Assembly: GCA_963793425.1 (NCBI GenBank)
Contig: CAWCAG010000005.1
Coordinates: forward strand, 1,440,001 to 1,504,000
Direction of reading: 5' to 3'
Length of the DNA: 64,000 bases
DNA from: an uncultured cyanobacterium
GTDB taxonomy: Bacteria > Cyanobacteriota > Cyanobacteriia > Cyanobacteriales > CAWCAG01
In this document: one piece after another, positions 39,936 to 50,754 of the stretch
How the letters are laid out: each line of letters opens with the position of its first letter
Position numbering within the stretch: the first letter of the stretch is position 1
Made by a program: the position numbers and the translations under genes
The notes under the pieces: generated by a model
The model's database searches: none
The model's input: the letters and a program-made list of their open reading frames with translations, nothing else
What the model was told of the DNA's origin: nothing

Positions 39936-40811
39936 TTACTGATTTTGCCCTGGATTAACATTCATATTTCCCTGAACATTGCCGACAACTGTACCCACTG
40001 AACCATCAAAGTTATTATTAACATTAATATTTTGAATAAAGGCATCCAATGTTTCTACAGGCAAACCTTCTTCTTTCAAGACATCGCGCACAGCCATAAC
40101 TCCAGTGTGTAAAGTACTTTTCAGGAATGCCATTACATCATCAACATTGAAAGAGCCAAGATTTAAAGAGCCTTGAAATGCTTGTCTAAGGGCAAACATT
40201 AAACTACCTTGATTTATCTGGATTTTGAGATTTTGCGATATTCTCTTGATTAGTTCCCACCAAAAAAACAAGATAAAAATAATATAAAACCACCAAAATA
40301 CACCTGTAAAATCTGGCAAATTGTCGTGGTCACGAATATATTGATTGTAAGTAATAGATTTAATTAATCCTAATAAAATAAATAAAATAGCACTTATAAG
40401 AAATTTTCGTATTACCAATCTCCACTTAACTTTACCTAGCACATAAGCATCAACACCCAAATATAAGTAGTCACCATAACTTAGAAAGCGCATAAATATT
40501 GTCGCTCTTGTATTACGGAAAGTATCAAGAGTAATAACAATATATTTGCGCTCCTCACCGTAAGCTTTTATATTATTGGAAAAGTTATCAACATACTTAA
40601 CAAAGCGTGGTTTAGCTGATGCTAAGCTGCCAGCATTAACTTGCTGAAAAACTCTCTCGTACAGCTTCTGGGAAATGCGATTAGCTTTGTCTTTTCCAAC
40701 TTGATAAGTTTGATAGAGCCTAAATGCAGGTAATTCTGTACCTGCGCCGTCCGTGGGATCTGCTATTTCCGAAGGGTTACTACCAAGATGAATCTCTTTT
40801 GATATGTTCAT
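39936..40811 (-). CDS. Hypothetical 2-TM membrane protein with C-terminal Asn/Gly-rich motif
   Basis: Two hydrophobic segments; tail NINVNNNFDGSVGTVVGNVQGNMNVNPGQNQ. Confidence 0.75.
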   Translation of the reverse strand: MNISKEIHLGSNPSEIADPTDGAGTELPAFRLYQTYQVGKDKANRISQKLYERVFQQVNAGSLASAKPRFVKYVDNFSNNIKAYGEERKYIVITLDTFRNTRATIFMRFLSYGDYLYLGVDAYVLGKVKWRLVIRKFLISAILFILLGLIKSITYNQYIRDHDNLPDFTGVFWWFYIIFILFFWWELIKRISQNLKIQINQGSLMFALRQAFQGSLNLGSFNVDDVMAFLKSTLHTGVMAVRDVLKEEGLPVETLDAFIQNINVNNNFDGSVGTVVGNVQGNMNVNPGQNQ

Positions 40812-40946
40812 TTAATGTCAAGATTATAAAAACAGAATTAAAATAACGACACCCTAATGTTTTTAGCTTACTCAACTGGTAAGCCGTAATCGCAACTCCA
40901 CCATCTGGACTTATAAATTGCCTCAACTCTTCCAAGTTCATGTTGA

Positions 40947-41183
40947 TCAAGAGTCATAGCTACCATTATAAGTGCTGTATATACGGTAGCCTGGTAAAAC
41001 TAAAGCAATTCCGACTATCGAATGTATTGTACCGGGATAATTTTCTTCTGCTAGACTGCCACCAAGACGCACTCGCAAGGGGCCTGACCAAAAATATAAA
41101 CCTGGTATGAGGGTATCTAAACTATAGGCGATCGCCCGCAATTGAAAATCCCTAGATTGATTTTTTTTCTTCGGAGTAGACAT
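40947..41183 (-). CDS. Small hypothetical protein
   Basis: 78-aa ORF co-oriented with and just downstream of the kinase-like gene. Confidence 0.6.
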   Translation of the reverse strand: MSTPKKKNQSRDFQLRAIAYSLDTLIPGLYFWSGPLRVRLGGSLAEENYPGTIHSIVGIALVLPGYRIYSTYNGSYDS

Positions 41184-41211
41184 ACAAAAAGTCTGATAGC
41201 TTGAGCTATTA

Positions 41212-43050
41212 TTACTGGTCTAAAGACTCTAACTTATACTGAGCATCTTTATAACAACCTAACTGACTCAAATCAAGACATTTTTGAGAAGTAGTTTGAA
41301 AATCTTTCTTTGCTGCCTCAACATTTCCCAAGGCTTGATAAGTTAAACCTCTTTCATAATAAGCTAAAGCATGATCTTCGTTGCGTTTGATTGCTTCTGT
41401 ATAATCGGCGATCGCACCTGGGAAATCTTCTAAATCACTACGGGATAAACCCCTGTTATAGTAAGGGTCGCCGTCGCTATCATCAAGCTGAATAGCAATA
41501 TTATAATCGGCGATCGCACCTTGAATATCCCCCAAGCGACGATAGGCTAAACCACGATTTTGGTAAGCCAAAACATCATCGGGGCTGCGGCTAATCGCTT
41601 CAGTACAATCGGCGATCGCACCTTTTTGATCCCCCAAGTTAGAACGAGAAAAGCAACGGTTGAGGTAAGGTTCAGCTAATTGAGGGTCAATTTTAATAGC
41701 TTGGCTATAATCTGCCACAGCTTTTTCTTCATTTCCCATCTCTGCGTAAACGCTACCACGGTTGACATAGGCTGCCACTAATTTCGGGTCAAGTTTAATT
41801 CCTTGGCTATAATCTGCTTCTGCCCCTTGAATATCTCCTAATTGAAAGCGTAAATTGCCCCGTTGATAATAGGCTTCTGCATCTTCTGGGTTAATTTCAA
41901 GGGCTTTGGTCAAATCTGCTAAAGCTGTTTTAAATTCCCCTTGACCGCTCCGAATTAAACCTCTTTTATAGTAAGCTCTAGAGTGGTTGGGTTGCATCTG
42001 AATCACCGTATTATAGTTCTTCAGTGCTGGTAATTCCTGATTTTCTTTTTCGTATCTAATACCCTGATTAAAATAGTAACGAGCAAGCAATTTTTGGGGC
42101 AGTCCGCTACTATAAGCTGTACCCAAAATAGCAATCATCGCTATTACTCCCATAATCAGGGAAGTTGGTAATCGTAAAGAGTTTTGAGAAGAGGTGTTTT
42201 TTTCAGGAGGGAGTTCAGTTTCTAAAGCTAAAACAGATTCAGAATCGGGTAAAGCTTGTAAATCTTCCCACATCTCTTTTGGTGTTTGGTAACTTTCTTT
42301 CCTTTCGGGGTGAATAGCCTTATTTAAAATGGCAGCTAACTCATCTCTGACATTAATACCATCACACCAAGAATCATTTTTCAATTCTGGCAACTCTTCT
42401 GTTGGTAATCCTACCAAAGCTTGTATAGCGGTTATGCCTAAAGCATAAATATCCCTGTTATCAGAAATTTTCCCTGTAGCATCTTGAGGAGGAGTATACA
42501 AACTAACTTCTTTCGCAACTTGACCGTTCCCTCCTTGGGAATGAATAATTTGCTCAATAGTCTCTTCAATAGTGCCAAAATCCGTTAAAACTAATTTTCC
42601 GTCCGGATGGTGACGAATAATATTAGTAGGTTTAATAGAGTGATGTGTAACTCTGTTTTGACGAGCAAAAATTAAAATTTCTAAAACTTCTTGTAGGATA
42701 TAAATAACTTCTTGTTCTGAAAGGGGATTACCCGGAACAATTTCTTCCCCTAAAGAACGACCAGAAATATACTCTCGTACCAAATAAAATTCCTGATTTT
42801 CCGTAAAAAAAGCAATAGTTTCTGGTATACCATCATGGCAACCAACTTTTTCTAGAAGGGCAGCTTTTTTCTCTAGGAGGTTGAAAATCAATTCTAGGGT
42901 CTTTGGATACTTACCAGGAAGCCGCAGCCGCTTAACGACGCACTGAGGATGTCCTGGTATATGCAGATCAGCCACTAAGTAAGTGTGGACTAATTCCGCC
43001 ATACCAAGGACTTTAATAAATTGATAATTACCACCGATCAGTTTCGTCAT
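41212..43050 (-). CDS. Ser/Thr kinase-like domain (degenerate) + TM + TPR repeats
   Basis: CVVKRL, VLTDFG, DIYALG; HHSIKPTN replaces HRDxKPxN; about 8 TPRs. Confidence 0.9.
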   Translation of the reverse strand: MTKLIGGNYQFIKVLGMAELVHTYLVADLHIPGHPQCVVKRLRLPGKYPKTLELIFNLLEKKAALLEKVGCHDGIPETIAFFTENQEFYLVREYISGRSLGEEIVPGNPLSEQEVIYILQEVLEILIFARQNRVTHHSIKPTNIIRHHPDGKLVLTDFGTIEETIEQIIHSQGGNGQVAKEVSLYTPPQDATGKISDNRDIYALGITAIQALVGLPTEELPELKNDSWCDGINVRDELAAILNKAIHPERKESYQTPKEMWEDLQALPDSESVLALETELPPEKNTSSQNSLRLPTSLIMGVIAMIAILGTAYSSGLPQKLLARYYFNQGIRYEKENQELPALKNYNTVIQMQPNHSRAYYKRGLIRSGQGEFKTALADLTKALEINPEDAEAYYQRGNLRFQLGDIQGAEADYSQGIKLDPKLVAAYVNRGSVYAEMGNEEKAVADYSQAIKIDPQLAEPYLNRCFSRSNLGDQKGAIADCTEAISRSPDDVLAYQNRGLAYRRLGDIQGAIADYNIAIQLDDSDGDPYYNRGLSRSDLEDFPGAIADYTEAIKRNEDHALAYYERGLTYQALGNVEAAKKDFQTTSQKCLDLSQLGCYKDAQYKLESLDQ

Positions 43051-43191
43051 TAGTTGGGAACAGGGAGTGGGGAGTAGGGAGTAGGGAACAGTTATTACTG
43101 AAATTCAATCTGTAAAAACACAAGAATTTTCTCAACTTATTACCTATTACCTATTACCTATTACTTACAAACTATCTTTCCTATTTGGCAC

Positions 43192-45357
43192 TCAATAATT
43201 AACATGGGCAGCTTCCCAAGCCATAGTCATTAAAGTTTCTTGGGAACCTGGGACAGAAGTTCCCTCTTCTGGTTTTCTTTGTTTATAGTTTCCGTCCGTT
43301 TGCAACTCCCAGGCATGGCGATTGTCTGCTAGCATAATTCCTAAGATTTCTTGGAGGTCTTGGAAAATTTCTGGGTCTTCAATAGGTGTGACTGCTTCTA
43401 CTCGCCTGTCTAGGTTGCGACGCATCCAGTCGGCACTACCGATATACATTTCATCTTCTCCTCCATTATGAAAATAAAAGATGCGGGAATGTTCCAGTAA
43501 GCGACTGATGATACTAATAACGCGGATATTTTCACTCACTCCTTTCACCCCAGGACGCAAGCAACAAATTCCCCTGATAATTAAATCAATTTTAACTCCT
43601 ACTTGAGAAGCTTCGTAGAGGGCAGTAATAATTTGCGGATCTACCAAAGAATTCATTTTGGCAATGATGCGGCTATTATTTCCTTGGCTAGCTTGTTCAG
43701 TTTCCCGTTTAATCAAAGCTGTCATGCGATCACGCAAATTAACCGGGGCTACTAATAGTTTACGGTAAGATTTTTGGCGCGAGTAACCAGTGAGGTAGTT
43801 GAATAAATCCGTTAGATCAGCCCCTAACTCTTCTCGACAGCTTAATAGCCCCAAGTCAGTATATAATTTAGCTGTCTTAGGGTTATAGTTACCTGTTCCC
43901 ACATGGAAGTAGCGGCGAATTTTGTTCTTTTCCTGACGCACCACTAAAGTGATTTTGGTATGGGTTTTTAGGCCCACTAAACCATAAACGACATGAACTC
44001 CAGCCCGTTCTAACTTTCTGGCCCAAAGGATATTATTTTGCTCATCAAACCGTGCCTTGAGTTCCACCAAAGCAACTACTTGCTTACCATTTCTGGCTGC
44101 GGAAATCAGGGCTTTGACAATAGGAGAGTCTCCAGAGGTGCGGTAGAGAGTCATTTTAATGGCTAGGACATGAGGATCATCTGCTGCGTGGGTAATAAAG
44201 CTTTGGACAGTTGCCCGAAAGGAATGATAGGGGTGATGAACTAACAAGTCCCCTTTAGAGATAACATCAAAGAAACTATTCTCTTCTTCTGCGTTATCAC
44301 TATCTTGACTTTCTACGACTCTTTGCAGTCGAGGAGGAATAGCCCGATTCCAAATTGGGTACTTAAGATCAGGGCGGGGTATTTCCATAAGATTCATCAA
44401 GTCGGACATACCCAAAAAGCTAGAACAGATGTAAACATCTTCCTCCCCTAGAAAAAGTTCTTCTGCCAGCATTTCTCGCAAACTATCTGGGGTAGAAGCA
44501 GTTAATTCTAAACGAACTGCTGAACCACCAAAACGCCTTTTTTGCAACTCTTCTTCAATAGCCAGTAACAAATCATCAGCTTCATCTTCTTCAACGGCTA
44601 TATCTGCATTGCGAGTAACCCGAAAAGGATGGCATTCTTGGATACTCATGCCCGGAAACAATGATTCTAGGTTATGAGAGATTACTTGTTCTAAAGGAAT
44701 ACCTGCCCAAATTGCTTTTTTGTCCTTATGGCGTTGACGTAAATCTTCTGGCAAAGTGACAAAGCGTGGTAGAACTTTAGGAACTTTAATACGGGCAAAT
44801 AGTTCCTCCTCCGTTTCAGGATTTTTGACTACCACTGCTAGGTTTAAGCTAAGGTTAGAAATATAAGGGAAAGGATGGCTAGGGTCAACAGCTAAAGGAG
44901 TGACAACCGGGAAGATATGTTCTTCAAAATAACTTTGTATGTAACCCCTTTGTTTTTGATTAAGGTCTGTGTAATTAAATAGATTAATACCTTCTGAGGC
45001 TAATAAAGAACGCAACTCTAACTCAAAATGTTGGTCTTGTTTTTCTACCAAAGGTGCTAATTTCTGACTAATATCCCGCAGTTGGTCTGTGGGAGTACGG
45101 CCATCAGCAGTAATTTTGCTAACTCCGACTTTTTCTTGCTGTTTTAAACCAGCTACCCGCACCATAAAAAATTCATCTAAATTAGAACTAAAGATAGCGA
45201 TAAACTTGAGTCGTTCTAATAAAGGGGTGCGAGAATCGATAGCTTCATGTAAAACTCGCCGATTAAACTCTAACCAACTCAATTCTCGGTTAAAGTAATA
45301 TTTGCTATCACTCAGGTCAATTTCTTTCTTAGGAGTTTTTGGTTTAGATTGCCCCAT
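43192..45357 (-). CDS. ppk1: Polyphosphate kinase 1
   Basis: NRELSWLEFN, SNLDEFFMVRVA, LKTHTK, TGNYN, SADWMRRNL. Confidence 0.98.
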   Translation of the reverse strand: MGQSKPKTPKKEIDLSDSKYYFNRELSWLEFNRRVLHEAIDSRTPLLERLKFIAIFSSNLDEFFMVRVAGLKQQEKVGVSKITADGRTPTDQLRDISQKLAPLVEKQDQHFELELRSLLASEGINLFNYTDLNQKQRGYIQSYFEEHIFPVVTPLAVDPSHPFPYISNLSLNLAVVVKNPETEEELFARIKVPKVLPRFVTLPEDLRQRHKDKKAIWAGIPLEQVISHNLESLFPGMSIQECHPFRVTRNADIAVEEDEADDLLLAIEEELQKRRFGGSAVRLELTASTPDSLREMLAEELFLGEEDVYICSSFLGMSDLMNLMEIPRPDLKYPIWNRAIPPRLQRVVESQDSDNAEEENSFFDVISKGDLLVHHPYHSFRATVQSFITHAADDPHVLAIKMTLYRTSGDSPIVKALISAARNGKQVVALVELKARFDEQNNILWARKLERAGVHVVYGLVGLKTHTKITLVVRQEKNKIRRYFHVGTGNYNPKTAKLYTDLGLLSCREELGADLTDLFNYLTGYSRQKSYRKLLVAPVNLRDRMTALIKRETEQASQGNNSRIIAKMNSLVDPQIITALYEASQVGVKIDLIIRGICCLRPGVKGVSENIRVISIISRLLEHSRIFYFHNGGEDEMYIGSADWMRRNLDRRVEAVTPIEDPEIFQDLQEILGIMLADNRHAWELQTDGNYKQRKPEEGTSVPGSQETLMTMAWEAAHVNY

Positions 45358-45436
45358 AATTTCTCATTTATCATTAAACATTGATCATTTATCATTGAAG
45401 CCTATGGCAACTGCAAGTTTTATAGCCGAAGCAACA

Positions 45437-45649
45437 TTAACCACCAAAAACTTCTTGTTCTTGCCCTTGCCACCATTCACCTAGCTTCATCAAATCTTTG
45501 TGAATATCTTCTAGCTGATGTAAATACTCTTCTTGAGAAATTTCTCCTCGCCTTTCTTGGAGTTTCTTGAGACGTAGTTGCACTAATAACCAAGGTTTAG
45601 AAATGCCATCCGTAGCTTTGATGTAATCAGCTATTTGCTTGCTATCCAT
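45437..45649 (-). CDS. Small conserved cyanobacterial hypothetical protein
   Basis: KPWLLVQLRLKKLQE...LGEWWQGQE. Confidence 0.7.
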   Translation of the reverse strand: MDSKQIADYIKATDGISKPWLLVQLRLKKLQERRGEISQEEYLHQLEDIHKDLMKLGEWWQGQEQEVFGG

Positions 45650-45727
45650 GATTTTAGCGAAATTTTTTTCGTATATTTATTAAGATTAACCAATTTTGCC
45701 TGGGTGAGACGGAGAGATTATTAAGTT

Positions 45728-46474
45728 ATGGCACTAGATTTTTGGGCTAAGACTAGCGGGACTTGGATTAATGCTTGCACAGTTTTGCTGGGTACTGTAC
45801 TGGGTTTGCTGCTCAAAAATCGCCTCTCTAGTCATATGCAGCAAATTATCACCCAAGGTATTGGCTTATTAACTTTGTGGATCGGCTTCAATATGGCTGA
45901 TAGCTTGCAAAAAGTCCAGGCTGGAGAAATTGATGGGGCGATTTTGGGGCTGCTTGCTCTTGTCATCGGGGGAATTTTAGGAGAATGGTGGCAAATTGAA
46001 GCAAAATTGACTGTGATAGGAGAATGGTTGAAAGTGCGGTTTCGGGGGCAAGGACGTTTTACCGAAGGATTCGTTGCTGCTAGTATTTTGTTTTGTGTGG
46101 GGCCAATGACTTTAATTGGTAGCTTAAATAACGGCTTAACCGGGGATAATACTTTGTTAACCGTGAAAGCAACAATGGATGGTATTGTCTCCATTGCTTT
46201 TAGCAGTAGTTATGGTATTGGTGTGGGTTTTTCTGTTTTGGTAATTCTTATTTATCAAGGGGGACTTTCCTTAGCCGCAGGTTTACTAGGGGGTTTTTTA
46301 AGCGATCCTAGTAGTGATCCTGCTATTCTTTTGGTTACGGGGGTAGGAGGATTGATGATTATGGCTATTGGCTTAAGTTTATTAGATATATTAAAAATAC
46401 GAGTAGCTTCCTTTCTTCCCGCTATTATTCTTGCACCCCTAATTTTTCATTTAGTATTAAACATTGATCATTAA
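45728..46474 (+). CDS. DUF554 family membrane protein
   Basis: GTWINA, EGFVAASILFCVGPM, KATMDG. Confidence 0.88.
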   Translation: MALDFWAKTSGTWINACTVLLGTVLGLLLKNRLSSHMQQIITQGIGLLTLWIGFNMADSLQKVQAGEIDGAILGLLALVIGGILGEWWQIEAKLTVIGEWLKVRFRGQGRFTEGFVAASILFCVGPMTLIGSLNNGLTGDNTLLTVKATMDGIVSIAFSSSYGIGVGFSVLVILIYQGGLSLAAGLLGGFLSDPSSDPAILLVTGVGGLMIMAIGLSLLDILKIRVASFLPAIILAPLIFHLVLNIDH

Positions 46475-46483
46475 ATATTGATT

Positions 46484-46867
46484 ATGAAAAAGTTTGTTTC
46501 TTTATTGCTTAGTAGTATCACCTGTTTATCTTCGGGCAGTTTAGTTGCTTGTGGCGATCGCGCCCAAATGGAAGCCTGCACTCTTGTAGAAATTGAAGAT
46601 GCAGAATTTGAAGTAGATCGAGGAGATATTGATATTGAACGGGGAGAAGTGGAAATGGTTTGTGGTGATAAGCTAATTGATGTGACTTGGGGTCAATTTC
46701 GCCAAAAGTTAAATATTGACCCAGGGAAATATAAGCAAAGTTTAGAAGGATTTAAAAGTCAAGTAAGTTGCTTTAGAAATGAAAGTTCTCGCAAGAAAGA
46801 AGTATTTTGCAATCGTTCTGGTAGTTCACAAGACTTTGTTCCCTTAGACTTTAGCTATGACGATTGA
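46484..46867 (+). CDS. Hypothetical lipoprotein
   Basis: MKK...LVAC lipobox. Confidence 0.7.
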   Translation: MKKFVSLLLSSITCLSSGSLVACGDRAQMEACTLVEIEDAEFEVDRGDIDIERGEVEMVCGDKLIDVTWGQFRQKLNIDPGKYKQSLEGFKSQVSCFRNESSRKKEVFCNRSGSSQDFVPLDFSYDD

Positions 46868-46877
46868 TTTATTTATA

Positions 46878-47597
46878 TCATGCCAAACCCTGTTTGCGTC
46901 GATAAGCGAGAAAACTACCTACTCCTAACAAAGCTAAGATTGTTGTTGGTTCCGGCACAGATTGAGTAGAATCATCAGGTACACCCGTATCGTCTAAAAT
47001 CGGCGTACTGACCAAAGAGAAACTGCCAGCAGCAGAAACGACTGAAAGTGGTGTGGGTAAGAAGTTAGAAAGGATAGAGAAAGCAAAATTTCCTGTCGTT
47101 GTACAAGAAGCTACCAAGCAAGAATCAATGAAATTATTGTTAGGGTCAAAGTTAACAAAGGTAGCGAGAATTTCGTTATTATTGCTGTCGTAACTTAAGT
47201 CAAAATCTAAATCTTCGCTGCCATTGCTTAGTACCCCGCTTCCGGAGACACTAAAATCAAATAAACTATCAAGATTCGATATTGTTGTATCGTCAATACT
47301 TATATCAAAAGTACTAAAAAGTAAATTTAATCCTAAACTTATATCGCCATCAAGATACTGATTAGGATCATCATTAATGGTCAAGCTATGGCTGAAACTA
47401 TTAGCAATTGGGATGTTACCAGTGGGAATAGTATCTGAAAAATTAGCAAGGAGTGGGCTAATAAAAGCGTTTCCTAAAATCTCTGCCTCTACATTAAATT
47501 TGATATCAGCCGCTGTCGCAGTTTTCGCACCTAAAATACAGGTTCCTAGTGCGATAGCTGCTGCCCCAACGGTGGCTATTGATAATTTTTGAAACAT
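46878..47597 (-). CDS. PEP-CTERM protein
   Basis: Signal peptide; VPEPTTILALLGVGSFLAYRRK. Confidence 0.9.
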   Translation of the reverse strand: MFQKLSIATVGAAAIALGTCILGAKTATAADIKFNVEAEILGNAFISPLLANFSDTIPTGNIPIANSFSHSLTINDDPNQYLDGDISLGLNLLFSTFDISIDDTTISNLDSLFDFSVSGSGVLSNGSEDLDFDLSYDSNNNEILATFVNFDPNNNFIDSCLVASCTTTGNFAFSILSNFLPTPLSVVSAAGSFSLVSTPILDDTGVPDDSTQSVPEPTTILALLGVGSFLAYRRKQGLA

Positions 47598-47775
47598 ATC
47601 CCTTACGCGCTTAATCAGTTGATTATTTTTAAATTTTTCTTATACCTGCAAACATACACTGGATTTGAGAGAATTGGGTAAAGTTTTGATGAAGTTTTAG
47701 GTGTTTTTTAATAAGTTTTCATGAAGAAGCTTGAGGTATGATTTTTGCATTTTTCCTTCACCTCCAATTATCTGA

Positions 47776-48648
47776 TTAGCCATTAGCATCACTAACATTA
47801 ACCAATTCCATACCGCGACAGGTTCTTTTCAATAAACCAGTTAACACTTTTCCTGGCCCTACTTCAATGGTTTTTGTGATGCCTTGTTCTGGCAATTTAA
47901 GCATAATTTCTCGCCAACGTACTGAACCAGTCATTTGCTTAACTAAACGCTCTTTTAATTCCCCACTTTTAACAGTAGGAGTCGGTTCAACATTAGAAAG
48001 GACAGGAACTTTCGCCTCAGCAAAATCCACATTTTCTAATACTTCCTGAAACTCTTTTGCTGCTGTTGACATCAGAGGAGAGTGAAAAGCACCGGATACT
48101 TTTAAAGGTACTGCACGCTTACTTTTAACTTGGGAAACTATCTCATCAACTGCTTCTGGCACGCCGGAAATTACTACTTGGGCAGCGCTATTATCATTAG
48201 CAATAACTACATCAGCATTTTCTGCTACCTTAGCTGCTAATTCTTCGCGATCAAAGCCAATTAAAGCCACCATCTTACCCCCAGAAGCGGTATCCATTAA
48301 TTCAGCACGACGTTTAACTAAATTTAACCCTGAAGCAAAATCAAAGACTCCAGCAGCATAGAGGGCAACATATTCTCCTAAGCTATGTCCTGCCACTAAT
48401 TGAGGTGTTTCTCCAGATTCCCTCATCCAATCTACTAAAATGGATTCAATGGTATAAAGACAAGGTTGAGTATAAAGAGTGCGGGAAAGCTTTTCTTCGT
48501 CTCCTTGGCACATTTGTAATACAGACCAACCTAAAATCTCTTCTGCTAAAGCAAATTTCTCCTTAGCTGCTGGCAAGTCTTTTAAACTTGCTTCCATACC
48601 AACACTTTGCGAACCCTGTCCCGGAAACACCCACGCAATCTTGCTCAT
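47776..48648 (-). CDS. fabD: Malonyl-CoA:ACP transacylase
   Basis: FPGQGSQ, GHSLGE, SGAFHS, EVGPG. Confidence 0.97.
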   Translation of the reverse strand: MSKIAWVFPGQGSQSVGMEASLKDLPAAKEKFALAEEILGWSVLQMCQGDEEKLSRTLYTQPCLYTIESILVDWMRESGETPQLVAGHSLGEYVALYAAGVFDFASGLNLVKRRAELMDTASGGKMVALIGFDREELAAKVAENADVVIANDNSAAQVVISGVPEAVDEIVSQVKSKRAVPLKVSGAFHSPLMSTAAKEFQEVLENVDFAEAKVPVLSNVEPTPTVKSGELKERLVKQMTGSVRWREIMLKLPEQGITKTIEVGPGKVLTGLLKRTCRGMELVNVSDANG

Positions 48649-48900
48649 AATACCTATTATTCATTAGCTATTACTGTAGTTTAGACCAACGAAGTGGGAT
48701 AATAGTTATTAAAATATTGAGTGCGATCGCATCCTATCTATTCTGAGAGTGTCAACAGTAAAAATGCTAGTTAAAGGCTTGCTCAGAAATAGAAAACCTC
48801 AAATGTCACTAACTGAATTGGAACTAAATCTAACCATCCGCTTTAAAGATTCACAAAACCCTACTCCCTCTTTTCCACCAGATGTCTAATGCTTAATGAT

Positions 48901-49749
48901 CTATTCTCTCCAAATAGCATCTGCAACTCTACAAACATCGTGCATTTGTTCAACATCGTGGATGCGGAGGATATCTGCTTGATTAGCGATCGCAGCGCAA
49001 CAAGTGGCAGCAGTTCCCCAGACTCTTTTTTGAGGATCTTTTCGCTTGAGGATATGACCAATAAAGCTTTTTCTGGAAGTGCCGATTAATATAGGTGAAT
49101 TCAAACAAGTAAGCTCTTTTAATCTATTTAAAATTTCTAGGTTTTGTTCAGAGGTTTTGCCAAAACCAATACCAGGATCAATGATAATTTGCGATCGCTC
49201 AATTCCTGCTGCTATGGCAAGGCTGATTTGTTGAGTTAGAAAGTTGGTTATTTCTCCAATTAAATCTTGATAATTGGTTTGTTGTTGCATTGTTTCTGGT
49301 GTACCTTTGATGTGCATCAAGATGATGGGTACTTGCAACTGGGCCACAATAGGTAGCATTTCTGGGTCGAAAGTTCCCCCAGAAATATCATTAATTAAAT
49401 CTGCCCCCAACTGAATGGCTGCTCTGGCAACGGCTGCTCTGGTAGTATCGATAGAGATAGGAACGGACATTTCCTGGCGGAGCTTTTCTACAACAGGCAA
49501 AACGCGCTTCAGTTCCTCTTCTAAAGAGATTTGCGCGGCTCCAGGACGGGTTGATTGCCCCCCTACATCAAGGATGTCAGCACCCGCTTCGACAAGCTTC
49601 CTAGCTTGCTTTGAGGCTGTTTCTAAACCATTAAATTGACCACCATCGCTAAAGCTGTCGGGGGTGATATTTAAGATGCCCATTAAGTAAGTGCGCTTAC
49701 CCCATAGGAAATAAGAGTCGCGAATTTTCATGGGATAGATGAAGCTCAA
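48901..49749 (-). CDS. folP: Dihydropteroate synthase
   Basis: GILNITPDSFSDGG, STRPGA, DPGIGFGK, SRKSF, RIHDV. Confidence 0.97.
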   Translation of the reverse strand: MSFIYPMKIRDSYFLWGKRTYLMGILNITPDSFSDGGQFNGLETASKQARKLVEAGADILDVGGQSTRPGAAQISLEEELKRVLPVVEKLRQEMSVPISIDTTRAAVARAAIQLGADLINDISGGTFDPEMLPIVAQLQVPIILMHIKGTPETMQQQTNYQDLIGEITNFLTQQISLAIAAGIERSQIIIDPGIGFGKTSEQNLEILNRLKELTCLNSPILIGTSRKSFIGHILKRKDPQKRVWGTAATCCAAIANQADILRIHDVEQMHDVCRVADAIWRE

Positions 49750-49932
49750 GGTAACTGTTCAAACAATAATATCAAACTGTTAAGCTGCCCAGGTTATCAA
49801 TTAGGTTAGAGATTCAGGAGTTTAAGAACTTTTAACGTTTTTAATCTTAAAATCTGATGCTTTTAGCCCTAGTGAAATCTATACTTGATTTGAAACGATG
49901 ATACAAGATTTTACTCCCTGCTCTCCCATGAT

Positions 49933-50676
49933 ATGAAAATCACTCCAAACCAGAAACAAATACTACAAGATCCTCGCCGCAAGAATCAGTTGCAAAGGTT
50001 GGTACAGAAGTTAGGATTGCCGAAAGATGCTCCTATTGACTGGTTTTTGTTGAATTTAGCTTTGACCCATCCCAGTTTATCAGGGGAAGCTAATTACCAA
50101 CAATTGGAATTTATTGGCGATGCCGTAGTACGCTTAGCAGCTTCTGAGTTATTGTGGGAAGTCTATCCTGATGCTTCTGTAGGAGAATTTTCTGCTATTC
50201 GTAAAGTATTAGTCAGCGATCGCACCTTGGCAGCTTTTGCCCAGAGTTTGGGTGTTGAGCCTTATTTGTTGGTAGGGGGGAGTGCTGTTAATAACGAAAC
50301 GGGCAGGATGTCTCGTTTAGCAGATGCTTTTGAAGCTATTTTAGCAGCACTCTATTTAAGTAGCCAGAGTATGGAATTAGTAAGACCTTGGTTAGATCCC
50401 CTACTGCAAGATTTAGCTACAGAAATTCGTAAAGATCCAGCCAGACAAAATTATAAGGATGCGTTGCAAGAATGGACTCAAGCACAATACAAAATTTTGC
50501 CTGAATATCGAGTTACAGAAAATGAGCATCACAGGGTCGATGGGGAGCGTTTTGTTGCTGAAGTTTGGTTACGAGAGGAGCTTTTGGGAAAAGGGACAGG
50601 AAGCTCTAAAAAAGCGGCTGAAAAGGCTGCTGCTAAAGAGGCTTTTGTCTCTTTTGTGTTAAATTCTGGGAGTTAG
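49933..50676 (+). CDS. rnc: Ribonuclease III
   Basis: ALTHPS, QLEFIGDAV, ADAFEA; dsRBD NYKDALQEW...KKAAEKAAA. Confidence 0.93.
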   Translation: MKITPNQKQILQDPRRKNQLQRLVQKLGLPKDAPIDWFLLNLALTHPSLSGEANYQQLEFIGDAVVRLAASELLWEVYPDASVGEFSAIRKVLVSDRTLAAFAQSLGVEPYLLVGGSAVNNETGRMSRLADAFEAILAALYLSSQSMELVRPWLDPLLQDLATEIRKDPARQNYKDALQEWTQAQYKILPEYRVTENEHHRVDGERFVAEVWLREELLGKGTGSSKKAAEKAAAKEAFVSFVLNSGS

Positions 50677-50754
50677 GGAGCTGGGGAGCTGGGGAGCTGG
50701 AATACTATTACCCATTACCCATTACCTATTAAAGCAGTAATTTTAGGAACTACT

